DNA of 32,000 nucleotides from Desulfocapsa sulfexigens DSM 10523. Its GTDB lineage: Bacteria > Desulfobacterota > Desulfobulbia > Desulfobulbales > Desulfocapsaceae. The stretch is from positions 3,270,001-3,302,000 of the forward strand of contig NC_020304.1 in assembly GCF_000341395.1 (NCBI RefSeq), in the 5' to 3' direction. Below, piece after piece: positions 17,303 through 26,511 of this stretch. Both the position numbers and the translations under genes were made by a program. The notes beneath the pieces were generated by a model, which made no database searches, had not been told where the DNA came from, and worked only from the letters and a program-made list of their open reading frames with translations. Numbering within the stretch: position 1 is the stretch's first letter; each line of letters starts with the position of its first letter.

Positions 17303-19123
17303 ATGTTTTTTGAACAGGAACTAGAACGACACCTTGAGACACTGGATGAGAAGTTCAGCAACAGAGAGATTTTAGCAATTCTCAACCAGGCAATAGTTGA
17401 TCTTAAAAACAGAAATATTGCAGGTGCCTTTATTGTCCCCCTGTCCTTGCTCGTTGGCGGTTTTGCAACCGATTATTCTTCGGACCACCCTTCCCTCTTT
17501 TTTCTCTTAGGAGGCATTCTAGCTATTGCAACATTGTTTCGGGTTTTTGCGATTATCTATTTCACTAAGGTTTCAGTAGGTTTCAATCCTGCTTGGATAT
17601 CAGTTTTTTTCTTGTCAAATATCTTTACCGGTATTGTCTGGGGAAGTTTTTCCGCAACCAGCGTTTTCTTTTATCACAATACCCTTTCCGTCTCCCTTAT
17701 AATAATTCTCCTTGCAGGTATTGGTGGGGGGGCAATGGTAAGTTACTGTATCTGGAAGTTTCTCTCCTACTTCTATCTTTGCGCTCTTCTTGTTCCTACC
17801 ATCATTGTTGAATTCTATATCCAGAATAAAGTGACAATTCCCATTGGTATTGCCATCAGTTTTTTTTTAATTTTCAATCTTATTCAGGCAAAAATCTGGA
17901 ACAAACATTTCTGGCTTTCGTTGATAAATACTTTTGTCATAGAAAAAAACACCCTGGAGCTTAAAAAACTCAACATCCAGTTGACGGAAGAAATCAAAGT
18001 ACGCAAACAAACTGCTAAAAAGATCGCGATTAGTCGAAAAAAGTTACAGGACATTTATAATTCAGCACACGATGGTATTTTTATTTTTAACCTGGATGGT
18101 AAAGTTGTAGACAGCAATGAAACTCTATTGAAGATGTTTCATATTAGCCGCCAGGATGCCCTACGATTTGATATTAAGAAAAGTTTTGAATCAAGAACCA
18201 ACGGAAAGCTCAACCTTCAGGAAATTTGGAGAAAGGTTCTATCAGGAGAGGATCAGGAGTTCCAATGGCTCACCGAAAAGGGTGACAACCCAAAACTTTC
18301 AACCGTCCAGGTGAACCTGAGGAAAACTCTATGGGGCGAGGACTCTGTAGTTATCGCTACCATTCGTGATATCACCCCACAAGTTGAAGCTTTGGCAGCA
18401 ACCTCCGCTGCCAATCGAGCAAAATCAGAATTTCTTGCGAATATGTCCCATGAACTTCGTACCCCGATGAATGGTATCCTCGGGTATGCAAGACTTGGCA
18501 TCAAGCGCCATGACACCCTGCCTCGTGACAAAATAAAGGAGTACTTTACCATTATCCACGAATCAGGATCCAGGCTCATGGGGCTGCTCAACAATATCCT
18601 CGATTTTTCAAAGCTAGAGGTTGGAAAGATGCGCTATAATCCGCAGACCTGCGACCTCTTGCCAAGAATTCATCAAATCGTAAGAGAAATTAAAGCCAGT
18701 GCGACAGAAAAAGGGTTGGAAATCAATATAGAATGCAGTCGTGGGCAGGTTGCGGCTTTTTGCGATAAAGATAAAATCTCTCAAGTTGTCCGTAATCTCC
18801 TCTCAAACGCCATTAAATTCAGCCATACAAACAGTGTGATCTCTGTGCAGTGTATAGAAATCACCAGTCAAGCAAGTACATTGAATCAACAAATAACCAT
18901 ATCCAACCATGGAGCTCCTATTCCTAACGATGAACTGGACACAATCTTTGATAAGTTTATTCAATCAAGTACCACCAGTACAGGTGCAGGCGGCACCGGG
19001 CTTGGACTCGCCATATCCAGGCAGATCGTAGAGGACCATGGCGGTGTTATATGGGCGAAAAACGGGGATAATGACCTGGTACTCTTCAGTTTCCTCCTGC
19101 CGATATCACCATCTATAGGTTAA
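17303..19123 (+). CDS. Membrane PAS-domain histidine kinase
   Basis: 606 aa. N-terminal multi-TM region (about 50-225 aa), PAS 'LQDIYNSAHDGIFIFNLDGKVVDSNETLLKMF', H-box 'MSHELRTPMNGILG', N-box 'NLLSNAIKFS' and 'GAGGTGLGLAISRQIVEDHGG'. Confidence 0.9.
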   Translation: MFFEQELERHLETLDEKFSNREILAILNQAIVDLKNRNIAGAFIVPLSLLVGGFATDYSSDHPSLFFLLGGILAIATLFRVFAIIYFTKVSVGFNPAWISVFFLSNIFTGIVWGSFSATSVFFYHNTLSVSLIIILLAGIGGGAMVSYCIWKFLSYFYLCALLVPTIIVEFYIQNKVTIPIGIAISFFLIFNLIQAKIWNKHFWLSLINTFVIEKNTLELKKLNIQLTEEIKVRKQTAKKIAISRKKLQDIYNSAHDGIFIFNLDGKVVDSNETLLKMFHISRQDALRFDIKKSFESRTNGKLNLQEIWRKVLSGEDQEFQWLTEKGDNPKLSTVQVNLRKTLWGEDSVVIATIRDITPQVEALAATSAANRAKSEFLANMSHELRTPMNGILGYARLGIKRHDTLPRDKIKEYFTIIHESGSRLMGLLNNILDFSKLEVGKMRYNPQTCDLLPRIHQIVREIKASATEKGLEINIECSRGQVAAFCDKDKISQVVRNLLSNAIKFSHTNSVISVQCIEITSQASTLNQQITISNHGAPIPNDELDTIFDKFIQSSTTSTGAGGTGLGLAISRQIVEDHGGVIWAKNGDNDLVLFSFLLPISPSIG

Positions 19124-19137
19124 ACTCGATTGTGACT

Positions 19138-19941
19138 TTAATTCGTCACAGCTCCTTGATTCAGGCTTTTTATTTCTCGATAGATTTCCATTGAGGCTTC
19201 CTGGGCATCCTTGAGTTCTTTATCTGAAAGCACAGTCTTAAGAAAATTTTCCGCAACCACCCCGCTGCCATAGCCATTAGCAGCAGCAAGACTAAACCAG
19301 GCATAAGCCTTTATCATATCAACGGTATCAACACCATTTCCGGTATACCAGAGGATTCCCATATTGTACTGGGCGAGTGGATAATCATTTCTGGCTGCAA
19401 GCTCGAACCAGTGAGCCGCCTTTTTGTAATCCTTTTCGCCAACCTTCCCAGTGAAGTATAAATAGCCAAGTTCACTTTGGGCCTCAAAGTCACCACCATT
19501 GGCAGCAAGCTCATACCAGTGTAAGGCTTCTTCGTAGTTTTGAGGAACATTTTTACCGGTCACAAAAAACTCGGCTAATATTCTTTCGGATTCTTTGGAA
19601 CTGCGTCCATTAATAGCAGCATTATAGAGCCACCTGAAAGCCTCAGCAGTATTCACAACAGTCCCCTGCCCCTTCATATACATGCCACCAACAATAAACA
19701 TGGCATCAACATCTCCCTGCTCTGCAGCTTTAAGGTACAAACTGAAGGCTTTTTGGAAATTTTGAGGAGTACCATAGCCATAATAAAACCTCTGAGCCAT
19801 TGACATCAGGGGTTCACCCCCAGAGGCGTTGAAACTGAGGGATAGTGCCAGGAGAAGGGCAAAAAATATAAGACGAACTTTTTGAAATAGGCTAAGAAGA
19901 CCCTGCATTGCTAAAGATACTCCTTTACTCTTGATTGACAA
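19138..19941 (-). CDS. Secreted Sel1-like (TPR/SLR) repeat protein
   Basis: 267 aa. Signal peptide followed by about 36-aa repeats such as 'AEQGDVDAMFIVGGMYMKGQGTVVNTAEAFRWLYNAA', 'NGGDFEAQSELGYLYFTGKV..' and 'RNDYPLAQYNMGILWYTGNGV'. Confidence 0.88.
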   Translation of the reverse strand: MSIKSKGVSLAMQGLLSLFQKVRLIFFALLLALSLSFNASGGEPLMSMAQRFYYGYGTPQNFQKAFSLYLKAAEQGDVDAMFIVGGMYMKGQGTVVNTAEAFRWLYNAAINGRSSKESERILAEFFVTGKNVPQNYEEALHWYELAANGGDFEAQSELGYLYFTGKVGEKDYKKAAHWFELAARNDYPLAQYNMGILWYTGNGVDTVDMIKAYAWFSLAAANGYGSGVVAENFLKTVLSDKELKDAQEASMEIYREIKSLNQGAVTN

Positions 19942-20151
19942 AAAATCTCAGGGTGTACTGTTGGCTACTGACTCCACCAAAAAATCATCTAACAACAAGC
20001 ATTTTACAACTAACGTAACTTCGTAAAAGCTTGGATCTGTATTCTTTGAGATCAAAAAGCAGTGGAACTAAAAACGTTTTTTTAGTATAGATAAAATCAG
20101 CAATGTTTGTAAAGATAATTACAATAACCATATTTACCCATTAGGATTGTT

Positions 20152-20604
20152 ATGAATTTCCCTGCTCGTCTATGTCGATTTGCTATCATCCCCTTAACTC
20201 TGATCCTCCTTCCCACTCTCTGTTTTGCCCAAAATGTCAGTGTCAAAAAGGATAATGTCAATGTGAGAAGTGGCCCTGGAACAACCTTCCCGGTTTCCAT
20301 GGAATTATTTCAAGGCTATCCATTGAAAGTAATTGAGAAAAATGGTGACTGGTTGAAAATAACTGACTTTGAAAATGACACCGGATGGATCTATGGGTCC
20401 CTTGTTGAACCAGCTTCCACGGTTATTGTAAATGGAAAAAAATCTATTAATATGCGATCACAACCAAACACTTCCGCATCGATTGTTGCAACCGTTGATC
20501 GTGGTGTTGTTCTCAAGAAAATAGCATCTGAGGGAAAGTGGGTTAAAGTAAGTCACTCTCAAGGTGCAACCGGATGGATATACAGTCCTCTCCTCTGGCC
20601 CTGA
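20152..20604 (+). CDS. Exported protein with two bacterial SH3 (SH3b) domains
   Basis: 150 aa. Signal peptide, then 'KKDNVNVRSGPGTTFPVSMELFQGYPLKVIEKNGDWLKI..GWIYGSLV' and 'KKSINMRSQPNTSASIVATVDRGVVLKKIASEGKWVKVSHSQGATGWIYSPLL'. Confidence 0.88.
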   Translation: MNFPARLCRFAIIPLTLILLPTLCFAQNVSVKKDNVNVRSGPGTTFPVSMELFQGYPLKVIEKNGDWLKITDFENDTGWIYGSLVEPASTVIVNGKKSINMRSQPNTSASIVATVDRGVVLKKIASEGKWVKVSHSQGATGWIYSPLLWP

Positions 20605-20672
20605 TTTTTTTTCCTGAAGATCATCTACATCAGTGCGGTTCTCAAATAAGAAGAATCGCACTCTCTTTCATA

Positions 20673-23636
20673 TCACCCGTCTTTTCTGAGTATTTTCCCT
20701 TCAAGATCAAGTGGTAGCCGGACTATTTTTCCAGCCTTGTTCTGAAACAGGAAAAAGCCATGTTCCAAACCATACAATAATAACTCCCTGGTGATGACCA
20801 CATCATTTTTGCAGTATTGGATTATTTTTTCCATCTCCCCATCCTTGTACCATTGCAGTGCCTGCAGACCATCTCCTGACTTTTCCTTTCCAAGTGTAAA
20901 TTTAGCAAGTCTATCAAGGCTCAGGCGATAACCAAGTTGTTTTTTTACCACCTCCAGGAGATCGAGCATCACCATTTTATTCAAATCCTTATCACTATAT
21001 GCACTCAGGACAGCATTATCGAAACGGCGATTATTAAATCCAACAACCAAATCAAGCGCAAATAAATGTTCCACCAGTTTATCCGTCTCATGTTCCATAT
21101 AGGTCACGCAATGATCAAGCAGGGAATCATAAACCACAGCAACTGAAATGCCCATTTTATGCGCTTTGTGCCAGCCACCGACCTCGGCAGCTGAGTATTT
21201 TGTTTCCAAGTCAAAAACACCATAGTGGGTCGGAAGGACGGAAAGGGGCAAATCAGGAAAAGTACCAGGACGAATGATCTCCATGCGAGGTTCCTGATCA
21301 GTCATCATACTTTTTTTGAAGCTTTCCTGTACATGGCGGTTCCATCCTGGATTCAGGAGAAGCGTTATAAGAGCATTGCAAGCCTTCTTATCGATGGGTC
21401 TGTTGCCGGAACCACATTTGGGTGAATGGACACAGGATGGGCAACCATTTTCACAGGCGCAGTTCCTGATTGTTTTTGCGGTTTGTTCCAGAAGTTCCTC
21501 AATCCGAAAAAAAGCCTCATTGCACAATCCCATTCCTCCGGGATAACCATCATAAATAAAAACCACAGCTTCACTGGTCTGATGATGTGCTGGACAGGAG
21601 ATACCACCGATATCGTACCTGTCACAGAGCACCAGAAGAGGAAACATTCCTATCATTGCATGTTCAAGAGCGTGTATAGCACCCATAAAATGGAGTTGTT
21701 GCTCCTCTATTTCCAATTTGGTGGATTCGGGTATTTCAAGCCAGAGACCAACTGTCTCCAGAGACTGTTCCGGAAGATCCAGTTGGATAGAACCCATCAA
21801 TTTATTGTTTCGGTTATTGCGTTTTTGGTACCCGGTAACTTTTTCACGGACAATAAGCTTCCCAAGACTCACCCGATATCCAGGCTCTTCCTTTTGATCA
21901 ATAACTTTTAAGATTTCTGTGTGTTTTTGGCTCACCGGTCTTGTATGATAATTTTCTCTGAATGGAGAGACCACAATTTCACTGTTTTCAATATCACATG
22001 TATGAACCAGCCAAGTGATCGAGGAATGGAGATACACAGCGCCTGGGTGACATTCCTTAAACGCACGACCGGAATCGATTTCTCCCAGCACCTCACCATT
22101 GTCTTCCCGTATAATCTGCAGTTGTCTGCCGCTTCCCCGAAGGCTCACCTGACGCTGGGGATATTTTCTCGTAGCAAAGAACTCTTTGCCGTCACTGCTC
22201 TGGAGCAAAATCCCCTGCGATGTCAATTCTTTCACAGCTTTCTTTATAATCAATGGGAAAACAGCAAGTTCATTTTTGTGAATAGACACTTCGGCTGCTG
22301 CACAATGGAGGTGCTGCTCCATTATTTGCGAATTAAAAGGATTAATAATCGCTGATTCCATTGTCCTTGAAAAAAAATCTTCATGGTTCTGCATGTAATA
22401 CTGATCAAGTGCATCTTCCTGGGCCACCAGAATAATGGCAGATTCTTTTCTTCCACGTCCTACACGTCCACCCCGTTGCCAGGTTGCCATAACAGACCCC
22501 GGATACCCTGCAAGAATACAAAGATCAAGATCACCAATATCAATCCCAAGTTCCAGGGCTGAAGTCGATATCACTCCAAGCAGCTTTCCGGAATTGAGAT
22601 CTCTTTCAATTAACCGCCTTTCCTCAGGGAGAAAACCCGAACGGTAGGAGCTTAATTTGGAACCTAGCTTGCCAAGATTTGGTTTGGTCCACATTGTTAT
22701 AAGCTCAGCCATTTTTCGAGACCCGGTGTAAACAATAGTTCGCAGTCCTCTTTTTAAAGAGGCTTCCAGCAACTGGCTCACAGTATGAGCAGCACTGTTC
22801 CAAGGGTTTAGGAAAAGCATATTCCGTTTCGATCTTGGAGCACTGCTGGCAACAATACTTACAACCTGCTGTCCAATGAGTTTTTCAGCAAATTGTTCAG
22901 GGTTCCCGATGGTTGCAGAGAGGAGAATAAAAGTCGGACGAGCTCCGTACAATTCAAGAATTCTCTGAAGTCTACGTAAAACCCAGGACATATGAGCACC
23001 AAAAACTCCTCTGTAAATATGCACCTCATCAATAACAATATATTTTAATTCTTTAAAAAATGGTGCCCAGCTTGAATGATAGGGAAGCATCGAAAGGTGA
23101 AGCATGTCAGGGTTACTGATAAGGATATCTGGAGGACATGTTCTGATTTTTTTTCGTTGCCGGGCAGAAGTATCGCCGTCATAAAGTGCTGCAAGCGTAT
23201 GAGTGTTTTTTTGCTTATCTGAATAAAAAATTTCATCAAACTTCTGAAGCACCCTGAGTTGGTCCTGGGCTAAAGCCTTAAGTGGGAAGAGATAAAGTGC
23301 TTTTGTCGATCTGTCTCTGTAAATACTTTCAAGTACCGGAAGGTTGTAAATCAGACTTTTCCCAGATGATGTCGGAGTTGCGGCAAAAACATTTTTGCCA
23401 TTGCGTATCTCTTTATAGGCTTTTCCCTGGTGGCTGTAGAGTTTTTCTATACCCTGTTGCAGGAGACAACTCGTAAGTATATCAGGCAGGGTAGTTGGGA
23501 ATGGTATATATGCGCCCTTTTGCTCTGGAAAAGTTTTGTGACATACTACCTGAGGTCCATATTTGGGTGAGTTTTTTAATGCCTGCAGATATTCAGAAAT
23601 ATTCCGCAACGAAGTGATTGATGATGAATCAGGCAT
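20673..23636 (-). CDS. DEVH-box helicase (YprA/MrfA-like, DUF1998-type C-terminal Cys motif) fused to YprB/MrfB-like DEDD exonuclease domain
   Basis: 987 aa with 'FAATPTSSGKSLIYNLPVLE', 'IVIDEVHIYRGVFGAHMSWVLRRLQRI', 'QRGGRVGRGR', Cys cluster 'CACENGCPSCVHSPKCGSGN', then C-terminal 'YGVFDLETKYSAAEVGG', 'VVGFNNRRFDNAVL' and 'YCKNDVVITRELLLYG'. Confidence 0.88.
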   Translation of the reverse strand: MPDSSSITSLRNISEYLQALKNSPKYGPQVVCHKTFPEQKGAYIPFPTTLPDILTSCLLQQGIEKLYSHQGKAYKEIRNGKNVFAATPTSSGKSLIYNLPVLESIYRDRSTKALYLFPLKALAQDQLRVLQKFDEIFYSDKQKNTHTLAALYDGDTSARQRKKIRTCPPDILISNPDMLHLSMLPYHSSWAPFFKELKYIVIDEVHIYRGVFGAHMSWVLRRLQRILELYGARPTFILLSATIGNPEQFAEKLIGQQVVSIVASSAPRSKRNMLFLNPWNSAAHTVSQLLEASLKRGLRTIVYTGSRKMAELITMWTKPNLGKLGSKLSSYRSGFLPEERRLIERDLNSGKLLGVISTSALELGIDIGDLDLCILAGYPGSVMATWQRGGRVGRGRKESAIILVAQEDALDQYYMQNHEDFFSRTMESAIINPFNSQIMEQHLHCAAAEVSIHKNELAVFPLIIKKAVKELTSQGILLQSSDGKEFFATRKYPQRQVSLRGSGRQLQIIREDNGEVLGEIDSGRAFKECHPGAVYLHSSITWLVHTCDIENSEIVVSPFRENYHTRPVSQKHTEILKVIDQKEEPGYRVSLGKLIVREKVTGYQKRNNRNNKLMGSIQLDLPEQSLETVGLWLEIPESTKLEIEEQQLHFMGAIHALEHAMIGMFPLLVLCDRYDIGGISCPAHHQTSEAVVFIYDGYPGGMGLCNEAFFRIEELLEQTAKTIRNCACENGCPSCVHSPKCGSGNRPIDKKACNALITLLLNPGWNRHVQESFKKSMMTDQEPRMEIIRPGTFPDLPLSVLPTHYGVFDLETKYSAAEVGGWHKAHKMGISVAVVYDSLLDHCVTYMEHETDKLVEHLFALDLVVGFNNRRFDNAVLSAYSDKDLNKMVMLDLLEVVKKQLGYRLSLDRLAKFTLGKEKSGDGLQALQWYKDGEMEKIIQYCKNDVVITRELLLYGLEHGFFLFQNKAGKIVRLPLDLEGKILRKDG

Positions 23637-23736
23637 TTTTCTATGGGATAGCTTGCCTAAACAAGGTAGAGTGCCTATTTTCCGAAGATAGGAATAAATT
23701 GAATACTTTCATATTACTTTTTTCAGTCAATAGCCA

Positions 23737-25422
23737 ATGATCAGAATAGCAACATTAGGACCACATGGTTCAGATGGTTACAGAGCGGCACGTCAATACT
23801 CTCCTGACGCTGAGCTTCTACTTTATAACCGTATCCCGGACATAATCAATGCCTTTCTAAAGGAAGAGGTGGACTTCGCCTTTGTCCCAATCTATAACAC
23901 TCGTGAAGGTGAGATTAAAGAATATTTCCGCCTTCAGGAGCTCTTATCTTCCGGGTATTGGATTGATAACCTTGTTCTTCCCATCCATCTTTCCTTTGGT
24001 TGTCTGAAACAGGAAAATGCATCCTTTTCACCTGCAAATATTATTGGCCGTGGTTCTGTCTTCAAACAATGTGAAGATTACATCAGCGAGCACTATCCAG
24101 ATGCCACCCTCATGTCCGTTCCGGACATTGCTGTTGCTATGAAAGATATCAAGGACAATAACCGCCTTGACTTTGGTATCGTTGATTCTGAAGAATTACT
24201 GCTTGAGCACGGCTTTGAAATACGCGATCGAGAAATTGCTGCTCATAACCGTACCCGTTTCGCCATTCTTGGTGAAAACCTCAGTGGGTCGACAGGATAC
24301 GATGCCACTGCTGTTATCACCCGCCCTTTGAAAGATCGGGTTGGTATGCTCGTTGATATTCTTGGAGAATTCACTAGCCGTGGAATCAACATCCTTGACC
24401 TTCGTTCAGAAAATGATATCAAAACCCAGAAGCTCCAAATCTATCTCGAAATAGAAGGGCACATAGGAAACGAATCTCTTCAGAAAGCGTTAAAAACAGT
24501 AGAGGAAGAAGTCATTCAGGAAGAGGATAGTCTTCGCCTCCTTGGCTCGTTTCCCCGCGTTGATATGCGGGTCAAGAAGATTAATACTTTCGGGTTTATC
24601 GGTACTGGAGCCATGAGTGAATGGTTTGCAGATCGCCTTGAAAATGAAGGCTACAGAACTTTTCTAACGGGGCGATCAACTATTCTGTCTCCTGAAGAGA
24701 TGATTCCAGATGTGGATGTAGTAATTATCTGTGTTCCCATCTCTGTAACCGTTGCGACCATCCAGCAGTACGGACCGCTCCTGAAGGATGGTCAAGCCCT
24801 GCTTTTACTTGCTGGTGAGTCTGAACAAACGCTCAAGGCAGCTGAGGAGTGCACAAGCCAAGGTGTTGAGCTTATGCTGGTTCATAATTTATGGGGTCCG
24901 CAGGCACAAAGCATGAAGGACAAAAATGCCACAGTGGTGCGAACCCCTCGTAGCGGATCGTTCTGTTCTGAATTTGAAGCTTTTCTCTATAAACATGGGG
25001 CGGATATTTCTCAAGACAGCCCGACTCAACATGATTTACTCATGGGGGTAGGTCAGAAACTACCAACCACCATATCCACAGCACTTGCAATGACCCTTAA
25101 ACAGCACGCAATAGCCTGCTCCGATATTGGAACCCACTCCACTCTTACTTCTCTCTATGGCATTCTTGCCATGGCAAGAATTCATAACCAGAATCCAAGA
25201 ACCTATGCTGAAATAATGGCAACCGGTGGAGATGGACGAAAAATAGTGCGGAGCTTTGCAGAAAATCTGCTTCAGATTGTTGCCATGGCCGAAGATCAGA
25301 AAATAGCCGAACTCTGTGAGATCATAGAGAGCAGTCGCTCCCACCTCTCTCCTGAGTTTTTAGCTGAACATATGAAACGTTCAAGGGCCGTTGATTCTGT
25401 CCTAACAAAGGCTGCCAGGTAA
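23737..25422 (+). CDS. Fused prephenate dehydratase-like domain + ACT domain + prephenate dehydrogenase
   Basis: 561 aa. PDT-like N-terminus ('IATLGPHGSDGYRAARQY', 'NRTRFAILGEN' with TRF motif), ACT 'DRVGMLVDILGEFTSRGINILDLRSE', and a Rossmann/TyrA part 'TFGFIGTGAMSEWFADRLENEGY', 'LMLVHNLWGPQA', 'DSPTQHDLLMGVGQKL'. Confidence 0.85.
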   Translation: MIRIATLGPHGSDGYRAARQYSPDAELLLYNRIPDIINAFLKEEVDFAFVPIYNTREGEIKEYFRLQELLSSGYWIDNLVLPIHLSFGCLKQENASFSPANIIGRGSVFKQCEDYISEHYPDATLMSVPDIAVAMKDIKDNNRLDFGIVDSEELLLEHGFEIRDREIAAHNRTRFAILGENLSGSTGYDATAVITRPLKDRVGMLVDILGEFTSRGINILDLRSENDIKTQKLQIYLEIEGHIGNESLQKALKTVEEEVIQEEDSLRLLGSFPRVDMRVKKINTFGFIGTGAMSEWFADRLENEGYRTFLTGRSTILSPEEMIPDVDVVIICVPISVTVATIQQYGPLLKDGQALLLLAGESEQTLKAAEECTSQGVELMLVHNLWGPQAQSMKDKNATVVRTPRSGSFCSEFEAFLYKHGADISQDSPTQHDLLMGVGQKLPTTISTALAMTLKQHAIACSDIGTHSTLTSLYGILAMARIHNQNPRTYAEIMATGGDGRKIVRSFAENLLQIVAMAEDQKIAELCEIIESSRSHLSPEFLAEHMKRSRAVDSVLTKAAR

Positions 25423-25426
25423 TTGT

Positions 25427-25561
25427 ATGGAGCATAATCCCGAAAAAGACGAGGTGTCCCGTCAACCGAAGAGAGGTCCTGGTAATACTATCATGCTGCT
25501 GATAATACTCCTCAGCTGGTTGCTTTTTTATGCTTTTATAGGATCACGGGGAGGTGGTTGA
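25427..25561 (+). CDS. Small single-TM hypothetical protein (44 aa)
   Basis: Not in the supplied ORF track. Reads MEHNPEKDEVSRQPKRGPGNTIMLLIILLSWLLFYAFIGSRGGG*, starting 5 nt after the upstream stop. Confidence 0.4.
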   Translation: MEHNPEKDEVSRQPKRGPGNTIMLLIILLSWLLFYAFIGSRGGG

Positions 25562-25669
25562 GGTCCATCACTCCTTCGGTCAGAAGGAACTCAATGCGCG
25601 GTACCTGAAAGTTTTCATTCTCCTGCTCTTCAATAACAGGATAGATATAATTTTATATAGGAGTTATTC

Positions 25670-26320
25670 ATGATTATTCAAAACTTAAGTGTTCTCGAAG
25701 AGGAACATATTTGTCCAGATTGCAATTCCAAAATGGCCTGCTGCGAAGCACCTCCAGTTCATGTAGGTGATGGCCTTGGCTGGGGTTCAGAAGTCCTTTT
25801 CATATGTCTCAACGATGAGTGCCCAACATTCACTAATGGCTGGAAAAAGGTTGAAGCCAACTACGGTCACAAGGCAACTTACAGAAGCATGCAGCTTCCC
25901 GGATCCACAGAACAAAATGTGATGATGGTTGGATCTCAGATGGCCTTTACAGGTTCCATTATAGACCCAGAGGCTATGAGGGAACAGAACGCCCGCTACA
26001 GAAAAGAAAAGGAGGCCATTGCAGCCCTGGACAATTGTGTTGAAAACAAAGATATTGATTCAGTTATGACTTTGGTTCTTGATGAATCAGCCCGCCCTGC
26101 AGGGCGTAATAGAGCCATACTCCTCTTGAGCAAGCTCAATGATCTCTCCTGTATCGATGCAATCAGAAACCACACCTTCCGCAACACGGAATTTGAACAG
26201 AAATGTAATATGGTGATAACCAAACTGCTAAAGGATAATTTCAAGAAGGAATGTCCATATTGTGCTGAACTTATCAAGACACAGGCAAACAAGTGTATGC
26301 ACTGCAAAGCTGATCTGTAA
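25670..26320 (+). CDS. Hypothetical protein with N- and C-terminal zinc-ribbon-like motifs
   Basis: 216 aa. 'CPDCNSKMACC...CLNDEC' at the N-terminus and 'CPYCAELIKTQANKCMHC' at the C-terminus, with a helical middle. Confidence 0.6.
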   Translation: MIIQNLSVLEEEHICPDCNSKMACCEAPPVHVGDGLGWGSEVLFICLNDECPTFTNGWKKVEANYGHKATYRSMQLPGSTEQNVMMVGSQMAFTGSIIDPEAMREQNARYRKEKEAIAALDNCVENKDIDSVMTLVLDESARPAGRNRAILLLSKLNDLSCIDAIRNHTFRNTEFEQKCNMVITKLLKDNFKKECPYCAELIKTQANKCMHCKADL

Positions 26321-26377
26321 AATTTAACTCTTGCCAAATATTCTTACAAAGGGTATAAGTTGCACCGAAATTTAGGC

Positions 26378-26455
26378 GGTGGGTGTAGCTCAGTTGGTGG
26401 TAGCACCTGGTTGTGGCCCAGGAGGTCGTGGGTTCAAGTCCCATCACTCACCCCA
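26378..26455 (+). tRNA. tRNA-His (anticodon GTG)
   Basis: GGTGGGTGTAGCTCAGTTGGTGGTAGCACCTGGTTGTGGCCCAGGAGGTCGTGGGTTCAAGTCCCATCACTCACCCCA. Clover-leaf with extra 5' G (G-1) opposite C73, anticodon GTG, encoded CCA. Confidence 0.96.
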
Positions 26456-26466
26456 TCTATTCTCGG

Positions 26467-26502
26467 GAGTTTCAGGTGACCAACCTGAAACTCTTTTTTT
26501 TT
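26467..26502 (+). terminator. Rho-independent terminator downstream of tRNA-His
   Basis: GAGTTTCAGG-tgaccaa-CCTGAAACTC followed by a 9-nt T tract. Confidence 0.9.
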
Positions 26503-26511
26503 ATATTCCCT

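Noticed and set aside
21921-22355. 144-aa plus-strand ORF
   Set aside because: Antisense to the helicase-nuclease fusion gene.
26413-26511. N-terminal extension (MAQEVVGSSPITHPIYSREFQ...) of the lipoprotein ORF
   Set aside because: Translates the tRNA-His 3' half and its terminator. The real start is at 26512 with a lipobox signal peptide.
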